In this document: in pieces, positions 25,641-38,630 of the stretch
How positions within the stretch are numbered: the first letter of the stretch is position 1
How the letters are laid out: each line of letters opens with the position of its first letter
NCBI RefSeq assembly: GCF_009834535.1
Contig: NC_045697.1
Span: 73,720,001-73,784,000, forward strand
From: Camelus ferus
Taxonomy: Eukaryota
DNA length: 64,000 nt
Direction of reading: 5' to 3'
Notes under the pieces: model-generated
Database searches by the model: none
What the model saw: the letters and a program-made list of their open reading frames with translations, nothing else
What the model was told of the DNA's origin: nothing
Translations under genes and position numbers: made by a program

Positions 25641-26652
25641 GTACATATTATCATGATGTCACTATGAACTACAGCAATGAACAGAATACATTTAAGATGT
25701 ATTTAATGATTTTGAGTCCATCTTTAAGGATAATGGGATGATTTTTATTCCCTTTGCTAATTGCAGACCATATAAGAGAACAAATAAAATTTCATCAGGT
25801 GATTTCTTTAGGCAGCTTTTTAAAATAACCTGGACTGGCAAAAGACTTTCTAAGAAGTGAGAAAGCAAATAAAAATCTAATCAATGTGATAGGTAAAGAC
25901 TATTATCCCGACTCAACTATTGATTATGCCAAAGAGATCACAATTATTGCCTACAAGAAAAATGACCATGTCCTTCATAGGAATAAACATTATCTACTTA
26001 AATGTCTACTATTTTTTATACAAAGTATCTGATATACATTTAAAAAGTTATAAGATATTGGACAAAGCAGGAACATGACCCATAAGCAAGAAAAAAACAT
26101 CAAAAGAGGGAAACTTAAGGAAATAATTCTCTCGACCTAAAATTGTATACACAGTGAAACTTTTTTTAAAAATGAAGGAAAATTAAAGACATTGTCAAGC
26201 AAACTGAAGTTAGTAAAACGTGTTTCCAGCAGACCAGCACTACAAAAAACTCTAAAGGAAGTTATTCAGGCTTAATGGAATGATTCTACATGGAAGACTG
26301 AATATTCAGGAAGGGATGAAAAACACAGAAAAGAATGACTATGTGAATTAATGTAAAAATATAAAAGATGATTGAATGTTTAAAGTAAAATAACAATGAT
26401 GATGATATATTTTTGGCTTTTAAACACAGAGAATTAAAACAATGACAAAACACAAAGAATAGGAGTTGGGATAAATGGCATTATTCCATATAAGGTTCTG
26501 ACATTATTGATGAAATATTTTAATATTAATTCAGTGTCAACTAGGATAAATTAATGATATATATTATAAATGTTTATACTAACCTCTAAAAATAATGCAA
26601 AGAATAATCTAGTAGAAAAGCCACAGTACAATAATAAAAATATACTTGGTCA

Positions 26653-26779
26653 GGGTGGGGAGGGTATAGGTCAATGGTAGAGTACATGCTTAGCATGTGT
26701 GACATCCTGGGTTCAAACCCCAGTACCTCCATTAACAAAATAAATAAATAAATAAACCTAATTACCACCCCCCCCAAAA
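26653..26779 (+). mobile_element. vic-1-type SINE, long form
   Basis: ggggagggtataggtcaatggtagagtacatgcttagcatg..cctgggttcaaaccccagtacctcca..aaacctaattaccacccc. Confidence 0.92.
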
Positions 26780-27979
26780 GTATTCCATCCAAAATGGGAA
26801 AAGGGATAAATGCACCAAAAGAAAAAACAAAAACAAAAACCCAGATGGAACAAATAGAAAACAAAACAGCAAGATGATATACTTAAACCCATGTGAGTAG
26901 TAACTGTATTAAATGTAAATGGACGAAACATTCCAATTAAAATATTGTCAAACTGCATAAAGAAACAAGACCCAATCAAATGCTATTTACAAAAGACACA
27001 ATTTAAATGTAATGTCCTGGATAAGGAGAAAATTACAGAATGGGAAGAGATAGGCTATGCAAACCCTAACTGGGGGGAAGACAAGCTATTGTGATTATAT
27101 TAATATCAAATAAAGTAGGCTCCAAAATAAAGGATCTTACCAGATATAAAGAGGAATATTTTATAATGATAAAAAATCAATTCATCTGAAAGACTTAAAT
27201 ATGAGTGTTTATATGTATGCACCCATGTGTACACCTAATAACATACTTTCAAAACTAATGAAGCAAAAATTACAGTTAAAAAGAAATAAACAACTCTACA
27301 ATCATAGAGAACTTCACCTTTTTAGCAATTGATAGGTTAAGCAAAATAAATAAATAGTAAGGATGTAGAAAAGTTACATAACATGATTTACCAACATTTG
27401 CATTTATAAAAAACACTATATTCAAGACCTTCAAAATACACAGTGTTTAAGTGCACAAGGAACACTTACTAAAATAGATCATATGCTGGTAAATAAAGCA
27501 AGTCAAATTTTTCAATGCATTGAAATTGTGCAGAATATGCTCTCTTACCACAGTGAAATTATACTAACAAATAATAATAAAAACAGAACTAGAAAATTCC
27601 TAATTGCTTAGAAATTAAGCATTGCATTTTAAGGAACTTACAAATTGAAGAGGAAATCATAGGGAAACTAGGAAGTATTTGAATTGAATAAGAATCAAAT
27701 AATAAAATTTCAGGAATGCAACTAAAGTAGTACTTAAGAAAAATTTATAAAATTTAAATTAGAAGAAAGTTTAAAATCAAAAATCTTAAGTCTGCAACTC
27801 GAGAAACTAGAAAGATATCAAATCCAAAGAAAATAAAAGGAAGAACATAATTTTTTAAATAGAAATAAATGAGTAATAAAAGATAGAGACAATTGAGAAA
27901 ATCAACAAAGCCACAGCAAAGCTTTGAAAAAAATTAACAAATTTGATAAAATCCTAGTAGTACTGATCAGGAAGGAAGA

Positions 27980-28145
27980 AACAGCAACAAGGATATATTG
28001 TACAGCACAGGAAAATGTAGCCATTATTTTGCAGTAACTTTAAATGGACTATGAGCTATAAAAATAGTGAATCACTGTGTTGTACACCTGAAAATAATAT
28101 AATATTGTAAATCAACTATACTTCGAGTTAAAATTTTTTTTAAAA
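27980..28145 (+). mobile_element. LINE-1 3' terminal fragment
   Basis: caacaaggatatattgtacagcacagg..tgaatcactgtgttgtacacctgaaa..ttgtaaatcaactatacttc. Confidence 0.85.
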
Positions 28146-29479
28146 AGAAATGAGGAATAATCCAAATATCTAGCAACATGAGAATAGATAAAGCAACTGA
28201 GGTAAATTCAGACAAGAGAATACTACTTAGCAATAAAAAATAAAAAATTAAAGTAAGGCAAACATCCGTGCAACAAAATGGATGAATCTCATTGACATTA
28301 TGTTTAGCAAAAGAAGTCAGACACATAAGACTAAATACTATATGATTTCATTTATAAAGACTTCTGTAATGGGCAACAATAATTTATAAGAAGTCAAAAT
28401 AGCAGTTTCTTTTGAGGAAAGGGATAGCTATTCACTGGAAAGAGCATGAGGGAACTTTCTAAAAAAAGCAAAATATTTTAAAACTTGATTTCCAGATTGT
28501 TTTACATAGATATACACATATATAAAAATTTATCAAGCTGAGTACATGATCTATGTATTTTAATTTAAAAAAAGTAATAACATCTATTATTTAACTAATT
28601 TTTCTTTGTCCAAATACGCTATGATAATTCTCTTGGTTTTATTTTAAAGTAAGCTCCATGAGAACAGAAATTTTGACTCTATGGTCCACAGACTCTTTTG
28701 TGTCCAGTCCCTGGCACACAGTAGGCCCTCAATAAATATTTGCTTAGTGGTTGTTAAAGAGGGAAAAAGTAAGCAATCTTTTTGTGTCCATTTTAATTAA
28801 CACTTCACACTATCCAATTACAACTTTTCTTGAACTAGCCTTATATAATTGCTTTATTACTTTCCTCAAAGGAAAGTGATCTCTAGAATTCCTTTCCCCC
28901 TTCTGGTTAAACAAGGTTAAACTTTTGAACCCTTGGCCTGATGCTGAACTAATTTTCTCTTTCCAGGCTGCTGTTTTCATTTTGTGGAGAATTTTGATAG
29001 ATTTTATTTTTTTTGCATGTTACAGGGTTTCTAGAGCATGTAAAACTTTAAGTAAATCCCCTGATTTGATTGTATTATGCCTAGATAAAAATCAGTTGCT
29101 TGTTTAATCTACATATATGGTATGCTTTAACCTGCCTGTTCCTCTCCTCCACAGCAGTTAGCATTGTTTTTTCCCTTTTTAACAATCATGATAACATTAA
29201 TAACAGCTAATGTTTTTGTTCACTTACTCTCTGTCAAGCACTGACTTCAGAGCTTTACTTATGAATCCCTAGTAATCTTACTTGACTACCCATCAGTGGT
29301 GTGAGGGAGCCTGCTCTCATCTGTTCTTACAGGCAGGACCTGCTTCATAATCTGCAAGGCCTCGTACAACATGAGAAATGCAAGCCCATCCAGGGCACAG
29401 AAGTCAATCGCCGCTTCTCACAGGGCTACCACCCAGCCCATGGCAGATGGACAACCCCAGAAGAAACATTGGTACCTTG

Positions 29480-30495
29480 ATAAGTGGTGGGCGAGAGGCT
29501 CCAACAGAGATGCCCATTGAAATTACTGTAGTACAGACAGCCCAGGGCCAAGATGACAATACCTTAATCTGCCCTGAAATACTTCGTGGTGCCCACCTGA
29601 TCCCCTTAAGTCACCATGGAGCCTGTTGGAATGGTACCGTATTGGAGCCGCGAAGTTGGTATATGGTGCTGACTGACAGACTGGACATTTGATAGTGGTA
29701 GTAGTGAGATTAGTCTTACTGAGTAGGGCTCCTTTATGCAGAACCCCCATCCCTGTTACCATGGCCACTTTGCTCATAAGCCTGTTGTTCTAGCACTAGG
29801 TATTCTGTTGACATCAATTAGCCAAGTTATTTGATCTACTTTGTTTTTAAGTGTCTTTTCTGTGATAATTGCTCTCTGGCAGGGATTAATCAGTAATGTG
29901 AAGATCTTTAACCTTTGTACCTATTTATATATACCCATCCGTATGCCCTACATCATATCTTTTGGTCTCTGACCATCCAGTCTTTCTCCTTACTGGCTGA
30001 CGTCTACAGGCCCATATACTCCTTTATCCAAACTATATGACCAGGCACATCCCTCACAGTTCTAACTGTTGAGGGGATTTTCTCTCACCATTGCTTTTCA
30101 AAGCCACTGAGTATGGATGCAGTGAAATTGCTGTCCCTGGGTAGGTACCAACATGCCAAGCCGGCCCATTCATAAACCAAGCTTGGGCTTTGTTTTCCTC
30201 AGTCATCTTATTGTAACTAAATTATAACTAAAATTGTGAGCTAAGTGGTTGCTGGTATAATGATGGTGGATGAAATGGGAGTTGGCTTGCTTTTGCCCTT
30301 TGCTCATCCTTGATTCCAAGTGTACTACTTCCATTTTACAATGAATTGTTGCTGGGCACACCCAGTTGTACATCTCCAAGAACCTGGCAGACCCTCGCTC
30401 GTGCTGACCAGGTCCAGACACACAGTTATGCATTCCATTTATACCGTCACCCAGTAGTATGCCAAGAGCTGTTTTCAAAAGGCATATAATTCTGT
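29480..30495 (-). mobile_element. ERVL/MaLR-class internal pol remnant (RNase H-integrase region)
   Basis: Minus ORF 29523-29777 KGALLSKTNLTTTTIKCPVCQ resembles ERVL integrase zinc-finger region (GLPLTKADLATATAECPICQ). Confidence 0.75.
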
Positions 30496-30499
30496 GGAT

Positions 30500-31700
30500 G
30501 ATTTTGATGTTCTTCAGTTTTACTGTGATGCACCTAGGTGTGAATATTTTTAATTTCCTTGCTTGGAATCTATTGCATTTGTTGAATGATATTGATAATA
30601 GTGATATTTTTCATCACTGCTGGAAAGTTCTCAGCCATAATATCGTCAAATATTTCCTCTGCTTCATTTTCTCTCTTCTCTCAAGTGGAAATTTCAACTA
30701 TACATGTATAATTTCATATATATATGTCTGTGTGTTTGACTTTTTCTGTTTGTTCTCCCTATATTTTGACCTGTCTTTGATATTTTTCATTTCTCTGTCT
30801 CTCCAAGCTAAGAGCATCTCTTCAGTTGCTTTTTTTAAATTTTATTATTTACTAGTTTTTTTTCTTAGATGTGCATAATCTGTATTCAACCAGTCCATTA
30901 AGTTTGTAGTAATTATAGTTTTCATTGGTAGGAGTTCTGTTTTGTGCTTTTTCAAATTTTCTCTGATTTTATTTATTGAAATATATTCACACATTTTTAT
31001 ATTCTGTGTCCTATAATTTCAAAATATGAAGTTTGAGTATCTGTTTCCACTTCCTTTTTCACATAGGATAGCTTATTTCCTTGTATTTAGTGATACTTTT
31101 TTATTATATACTGCTCATATGCCCCAGAATTTTGTCTGTGGATATGTGTTAATGCCTGGTGTGAAGGTTGGTTATTCTACAAAGAATTTGTTATGTTCAG
31201 GCATCTAAGGGCACTTTAAATTAAATTCTCAATTTGTTTTTTTGCTCATTTTTTGGTTTAGCAGATAGTGTGAATTTGGACACAAAATTGAATTGTGGTT
31301 ACAAATATCAAAGGATAATTTTTTAAATTTTTCTACTAAATACCAAGTTTTGAGACTGGCAATTTTTCTTATAGCTTCTGAAAGAGAAAGAGGAGGCAAG
31401 TTGATTTATAGTCAATGTATACTCTGGGTGCAGAGTCCTTTGTGACCCCAGCTTTATGTAAGGGATTTTTTAAATTAGACTCTCACTTTAGGTGGCTTCC
31501 AGAATGTTTTCTTCGATTCCGGGAATTTTACAATCTCACAAAAACAATGCTCAAGTTCTATGTGGTTAATGTACTTACCTAGGTACCCAAGTGCACCATA
31601 GTCTCTGGCCTGCTTATTCCTTATTTCTTGCCTCATGAATGCAATTAAAGAGTATTTTTCTGTATTTTACCCAGCATTTTACTCTTAGGAGGACAGCCAG
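30500..31700 (-). mobile_element. Old L1M 5'/ORF1-region fragment
   Basis: ttcttcagttttactgtgatgcacctaggtgtg..ctggaaagttctcagccata..caaatattt; T-rich strand bias. Confidence 0.65.
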
Positions 31701-31786
31701 TCTAGAGATCGAATCTTTTCTCCTGAAATCTCTTTTTCCACTCAACTTGTCAGTGTCCCATTGTCCTAACTGCTCAAAATCTAAAT

Positions 31787-32400
31787 CTGTTATGAATTAT
31801 TTGGCTACAAGTAACAACAACAAAAAAAAGATTAAATAGTTGCTATAAATAATCGCTTTTTTTTTTTTTAACAAAACATGAAGTCTGGAGGTAGCTATTC
31901 CAGTTCAGTGCAGCTGCTCAATGGCTATGACAATGATGATGGCAGAACTTTGGGCTTTTTCTACTTCTCTGCTTGTGAAATTTAGTGTTTTGACATTTAT
32001 TTTTATTGCTTATCAACATAGTTACAAGTTAGCTACTGTTTCTTGAGAAATTAGTCCATTTTACAAGCAGAACAAAGAGGAAAAGCCAAAAGGACAGAAG
32101 GTGGGACAAACTAAACGTATTCCTTTTTATTAGGAACCAAAGTAAACTTCCTTTTATTTCTCATTGGCAGAACAGAATTCGATGGCCACCTCGGACAAAC
32201 CAATGGCAAAGGTATATAAGAATAACATTTCTAATTTAGACCAATCACAACCCATTTCCTGAAACTAGGATAGGGCCCTTCTCCACTTGAGGTTGGGAGT
32301 TTTCCATTGCTACCTGAATAAATGTGGATTCTGTGAACAGAACATAGGGAGTTGGAGAATGACCATTGGGTAGGCATTAGATTGTATCTTCTATAATACC
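31787..32400 (-). mobile_element. MLT1 LTR
   Basis: ttggctacaagtaacaac..gaagtctggaggtag..tctcattggcagaacag..atggccacc. Confidence 0.6.
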
Positions 32401-32849
32401 TAAGACTGGCTCAGCATCTAGACCTTCTCACCTAGAATGCCTTCTCTTTCCCTTTCATCTCTTTACGTGTCTTCATGTCCAAGTTTAGGACTACCTTTTA
32501 TTAAGGCCTTTGGCATCATCCTCTGTCCATGGGGCTTGCTCTTTTTTCAACTCACAGCATTGTGTTATTCTTTCCATCTCCCAATCCAAAGTGTAAACCC
32601 CTTGAGAGTCTGAATTGTGTCTCACATCACCTAGCCTAGTACTTTGTACATTGACAATCAGTCAATGTTAATTGTTTACTAAAGAACTAATTGACTGTCC
32701 CATTACTTGCGTTCTCCATATCTCTTCTGCTTAATGACATCACATCTTTGGCACTTATCCTCAACCCTAATCCCGTGACCCTAGTTTATACTGTAATCCT
32801 GTTGATCTCTCTGTTTTTAAACTCTAATGAACTGTTCTCACATCAAAAC

Positions 32850-33620
32850 TCTGCTCTTCCTCACCCCTTGTCATTGTGATGATTTGTCACTGGCTACCAT
32901 CTCCACTGTTGGCTTATGTGATTCTATGCTATTCTAGTTGTCCTCCTGTGCTTCTCTCTTTTTCCTGCCTCTTTTGCTGATTCCTCTATTTATGTTATTG
33001 CTCTTATGATTGTATTCTCTGTTTCCCCAGGGCTCATATTTTGACTTTTTTTCCCTCCTCAACCATTTTCTTTTAAGCAGATCCGTTCTGAGTTAGGAGA
33101 CTCCCCAAAGCAATGAGCATGGTTCATACTAATTCCTGTATCTGTACTTGTTGCCTTTTGCCATTTCAAGCTCAAAGTTTCCAAAACTAAACTTACCATC
33201 TTAAGTCTAAATATACTATTCATTCCAGTCTTCCTCTTTCTTCCAGTGGTACCATCACTTTTCCAGTCTTAGAGCATTAAATACTTGAGGCATTTATAAC
33301 TATTCCTGTCATGTTGATTCGATCTTTCAAATGTCTCTAATATCTATTGCTTCATTTTTCCTCCTCCTTCAAAATTCAGATATATTTACCTCAATTAACT
33401 AAATAACCCTAACAATTCCCCCTATTCCAAATGCCTCTTTTCTCCAATCTCTTTTAAGCAGATTAACCTTCTGTAAATTTAGCTTAAATGAAGTCATGAT
33501 TCTGAACCAGGAACCTTCAATGACTCTCCCCTACCCATCACATAAAGTCCAGATTCGTGAGACTGCCTTTCAGAGACAACTGTAATCTGATACCCTTGAT
33601 GTATCCAAATTAACTGTCTG
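32850..33620 (+). mobile_element. L2 LINE fragment
   Basis: tttccaaaactaaacttaccatc..accttcaatgactctcccc..ataaagtccagattc. Confidence 0.5.
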
Positions 33621-35614
33621 CTTCCCAAAAATGAATGTTATAGTGGGACAAGCTCATTTTCACCCCTGGGCTTCTACTCTGCTATGCCTTCCTGCCCCCT
33701 CTCCCAGTTGATCAATTCTGTTCCCGCTTCTCCCACAGAGGACTTCTGGAAATCACCTTGAATAAACAAGAGATTCATTTCTGATATTCAGTGGCCAATA
33801 AAATATGTTCTCTGCTTCCAGTAGATTTGAGTCCCTGATGAATGTATGAAAAAATAAATCACTTGCACTCTGGGTTCTTTTTTAGCAACCATTCTCCTCG
33901 TGTCTTTCCTGCGGTTTGTTAGGTTTTTGTTATTGCTGCCACTGTGAGGGTCTCTTGTGCTCCCCCTCCCCCACCCCTTTCTTTTCTTTAAGTTTTGCAG
34001 TTTGTGAAATTCGAAGATGAAAAGGGCTTGCTTGAAGCTGCTTAGCTGCCTAGGGATTTGTACATCCTTACATGGTTCTAGTTTGTTTTTGAAAGAAAGC
34101 AATTCCATCTGGATATTGGCCTTTGGGAGGACTTTCTGCAGGTGGCAGGCCACTTAACATGGTGGAGATTTCCTTTTAATTATGTTCACGTTGAATGCCT
34201 CCCACAAAGTAGGTAATCTGGACTGATTTCTTTCTGTCATTCTAAGTAAGTGTTCATACTAATATTTTTTCTTTCTTTTGAAGATTGTTTATTAGAAAAA
34301 CAGTTATAATTTTTAAGAATCCAACCCATTTGATCTTAATGTATTTTCTTCCCCTGTAGAGCAGAGATATTTCTAAAATGTTTTGCTTTAATGGCTTTTT
34401 ATCTAGACTAATCCCTTATAAAAGTGCAAAGTGTCTGCATGCTAAAACAAATGTGCATTTGAATGCACAATTGATTAACCAATTTTCAAATAATTAACTT
34501 TTTAGATTTTGCATGTGCATTTGTTGCTCATTTGACCATATAATAATTAATTAGCCTTAATTATAATGGATTGCACCTTCAAATCCTGCATGCATATTCT
34601 AATAGAATGACAGTGTTTTATATCACTTTTTATATTTTAGTCAAACAGACAAGCACTCACAAGCAAAGGAAGAAAATTTTAAAGGTGGGGGACATTTCAC
34701 ATCTGCAGAAGTTGACATTTTGATTAATGAAGTGTTACAGTTGTTTTTAATGTATTTATTTGGTGGTGCATTCAGCAAAATTAATCCTGATAGATGAAAT
34801 GTGTTTAAAGCACTGCTTACAAAATGAATGGTGTCTCTCAGCTAATAGAGTTATAAATGAACAGGAAAAAAAATGAGACTTTAAAAATAAGTCAAGTGAA
34901 AATAAATGCCAGATTAAAAAACAATTTACTCTGTGTATCTAGAGAGCCAAAGGGAACTCAAGTGCAAAGAATTTGACTTATGGACTAAGTGAGCAACTGA
35001 AACATTTAAATATCAGCCTAATGCTCTTCAGTCATAACGGTGGGAATGCTGAATAGAGTTGGGCTTCCTACCCTCACTTGTGGTTTGTAGAGCTGAAAGG
35101 CAAAAACCAAAATTATGTCATGAGGAGTATATTAAGAGTCAGGCAGAGAAGTACAACCATGCCACTCATCAGTGATGACAAGGGCCCATGGTGCAGCATG
35201 AGAATCAGGGAAAACAAGAGCCATATCTTGTTTGGCTAGAGTATCTAAAGCAATGGGGATGAGCACTGCACACGGAGGCCAACTCCACAGAAACTTGTGC
35301 CCATCTCACTTGTTGGTTTTAAAAGCAGAATAAGTTTATTTAAAGTGATCATCACAGAACAGACACTTACTAAAAAAGTTCATCATAGAAGAGAGTTTCT
35401 AGTTTATGAATAATACCTTGACTCTGTATAGACAGTTCTTCTAAGATGTTCAAAATATGTAAATAGCCAAATTCTCACTCTTGGAAAGGGTCAAATAAGT
35501 ATAAATATTTTTTGTACAGAATAGTATAGAACTTCAGAGAAAGCTATGTGCAAACTCTGCCTTTATCATTCATTAAGTATTTGGCCCTGGGCAAGCTTAA
35601 AAATCTCTGTCTTT

Positions 35615-35787
35615 ATAACCAACAAGGACCTACTGCATAGCACAGGAAACTATGTCCAGTATCTTGTCATGACCTATAATGGAAAGGTATCTGAAAAGTT
35701 ATATATATATATCTGAATCACTTTGCTGTACACCTGAAACTAACACAAAATTGAAAATCAACTATAAAAAAAACCACACACACACAC
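35615..35787 (+). mobile_element. LINE-1 3' terminal fragment with A/(CA)n tail, inserted in a MIR
   Basis: ataaccaacaaggacctactgcatagcacagg..tctgaatcactttgctgtacacctgaaactaacaca; flanks aaaaatctctgtc/aaaaatctgtctg. Confidence 0.88.
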
Positions 35788-36059
35788 AAAAATCTGTCTG
35801 GTTTTATCATCTGTAAATGAAGATGGATAATACTTATTGTTTATCTTAATCTCACTTACCAGAATTGAAGATATATGAGGATAGACATTTTGATGGTGTT
35901 TGTCATCAATGTAGCCTATGTGCTTAAAAAGTATAATTAGTAGGTTCTCAATAAATATTTGTTTAATAAATTAATGGATATATAAAGCATTTTTAAAATT
36001 CCTGACACTGAAGTTTTCAATAAATAAGTGATAAACAAAATTCAATTTGGTATTATCAC

Positions 36060-37678
36060 TACTTCCAGGTATAATGTAGTATCTATAGCAAACTCACCCT
36101 TCAGCTGAAAGAACCTGAAAACCTCAGATAATATCTGATAGTATTTAAAAAGCTATCAAGCAACCAGAACTTTTGAGGGGACAAGATCAGGAAAGAGAAC
36201 TACAGAGAAGCCATTTGACATTCAGTGTCTACCTCTACCCTATCAGAACCTGATTTTGGGCAAGGAATTGGGGGACCAGGGATGGTAAATGATCACTGCT
36301 AAGATGCAAAGAACCCAGCTGGGCTTATAGATATCTCAAAGTACTAAAGAAACAAAAATTGAAATTTGAGGTGCCCAAGGTAATCAGGACCCAAGAGGTC
36401 AAAATCCAAGGGTAGAGGGTGATGGGGGATAGATAAGTGAGCCCAAGGTTCAAAGAATTCCCCAAGAAACCAAGCAGAAAGTCACTGAAATGGAGAACAG
36501 ACACACTGGTAATCTCATGTTTCTGAGGAGACAAATATTGGAATTTAGGACTAACCAAGGAGGAGCGTTCTTAGTAAATACCTAAGGCTTTGAGATGAGA
36601 ATGTTACAGGGTTACACCTTGCCATTGGTGGCAAACCAGAGGTAAACCGAGTTCTACCCAAACTTAAATCCAGCCACACATTAGCTCACAATAGCCCTCT
36701 GTTTTTATTAAGGTAATAGGCCCTTATACCAGCTGCCTATAAGAGGATAAGAATAATCCTTTCTACAAGAATGTGATCAAGAGAGTCCATAATTCCTCAT
36801 ACATAATGCCCAACAGTTAATTATAAAATTACCAGGCATTCTAGAGGCGAAACAAAGAGGAAAAAAAGATAATGAAAACAAAATCACAGATAACACAAAT
36901 AATGGATTTATAAGGCATGGTTTTTAAAATAATTGTGATTAATATATATATAAGAAAATAGATTATAAAATGAAGAATTTCATTAGAGAAATGAAATTCA
37001 GAAAAAGAATCGAACAGATATTCTAGAACTAAAAATTTCAACAACTAAAAATGAAAACAAAGCAGAAAGTTAGACTCAACAAAGGACAGTAAAACAGAAA
37101 ATAAGTCAATAGAAAAAAAATCCATGCAAAGAATGGAGAGTAAAAACAGTGAAGAAAAAGGACACACATGACAAATGGAACAAATTGAAAATTTTAAATG
37201 ACAAATAAATAGAGCCTCATAAGGCGATGAGGAGAAATGATATGATAGAAGCAATATTTAGGAGATAATGGCCAAGAATTTTCCAGAACTAATGAAAGAT
37301 ATTAATATACCGATTAAGAAAGTTCTATGAATTAAGCAGGATAAATGCAAATAAAATTGTATGTGAGCTTATCAGAGTTTTTTAAAACTACTAAAAGCTA
37401 AAGTTAAGGAGAAAATATTAAGAACAGCTAAAAGAAAAAGATGAATTTTCTTCAAAGAAAAATAATAAGAATGCTAAGTAAATCCTCAACAGAAACTATA
37501 GAAGCCAGGAAACAATGCAATGCTATTTTCAAAGTACTAAAAGAAAATAACTGCCAAACTAAAATTCTATACACAGTGAAAATGTACTTCAAAAGTGAAA
37601 GTGAAATAAATACATGACAGTTTAAAAATTACTAAGAAAAATTTGTTACCAGCACACCCACACTAAAGAGAAATAAGT
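36060..37678 (+). mobile_element. Old L1M 5' region and ORF1
   Basis: gagataatggccaagaattttccagaactaatgaaaga, aatgctattttcaaagtactaaaagaaaataactgcc, aaaattctatacacagtgaaa. Confidence 0.75.
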
Positions 37679-37711
37679 GTGGGTCTTAAGAGAAATAAGT
37701 ACTAAAGAGAA

Positions 37712-38630
37712 TTTTTCCTCCTTGTGTGGTTTATTCCTAGGTATTTTATTATTTTTGGTGCAATGGTGAATGGTATTATTTCATTAATTTCTTTTTCTGC
37801 TATTTGTTGTTAGTGTATAGAAATAAAATTGATTCCTGCATATTAATTTTGTATCCTGCAATTTACCAAATTCATTGATGAGTTCTAATAGTTTTCTGGT
37901 TGCTTCTTTAGGGTTTTTTATGTATAGTATCATGTCATCTGCAAACAGTAACAGTTTCACTTCTTTTCCAATTTGGATTCCTTTTCTTTTTCTTCTCTGA
38001 TTGCTATGGCTAGGACTTTCAAAAATGTGTTGAATAAAAGTGGTGATAGTGGGCATCCTTGTCTTGCTCCTGATCTTCGAGGAAATAAATGCTTTCAGCT
38101 TTTCCCCATTAAGTATGATGTTAGCTGTGGGTTTGTCATATATGGCCTTTATTATGTTGAGGTATGTTCCATCTATGCCCACTTTCTGGAGAGTTTTTAT
38201 CATAAATGGATGTTGAATTTTATCAAAAGCTTTTTCTGCATCTACTGAGATGATCATATGGTTGTTATTCTTCAGTGTGTTAATGTTATGTATCACATTG
38301 ATTGATTTGTGGATATTGAAAAATCCTTGCATCTCTGGGATAAATCCCACTTGATCATGGTGTATGATCCTTTTAACACATTGTTGGAGTCAAATTTGCT
38401 AGTATTTTGCTCAGGATTTTTGCATCTATACTCATAAATGATATTGGCCTGTAATTTTCTTTGTGTGTGTGTGTGATGTCTTTGTCTGGTTTTGTTATCA
38501 GGGTAATGATGGCCTCATAGAATGAGTTTGGAAGTGTTCCTTCCTCTGCAATTTTTTGGAATAGTTTCAGAAGGATAGATGTTAAACTCTTCTTTAAATG
38601 TTTGGTAGAATTCACCTATGAAGACATCTG
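37712..38630 (-). mobile_element. LINE-1 ORF2 reverse-transcriptase fragment (pseudo-coding, no tail)
   Basis: Peptides [58 protein letters not shown]; frameshifted. Confidence 0.95.

Larger units (their letters stand above)
25900..28570 (+). mobile_element. Old L1M with ORF1 end, ORF2 endonuclease region and 3' end; internally deleted, with nested SINE and L1 tail
   Basis: ttaaatgtaaatggacgaaacattccaattaaaa (EN start), aaaatagatcatatgctgg, accacagtgaaatta; 3' part atggatgaatctca..aaagaagtcagacaca..tatgatttcatttata. Confidence 0.8.

Noticed and set aside
37784..38350. Longest ORF (188 aa) as a functional reverse transcriptase or novel RT system
   Set aside because: Plain L1 ORF2 fragment, frameshifted midway and truncated at both ends.
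12367..38630. The + L1 at 12.4 kb and the - RT fragment at 37.7 kb as two halves of one twin-primed or inverted L1
   Set aside because: They overlap by roughly 120 homologous nt and differ substantially there, and the 12.4 kb element has its own complete TSD.
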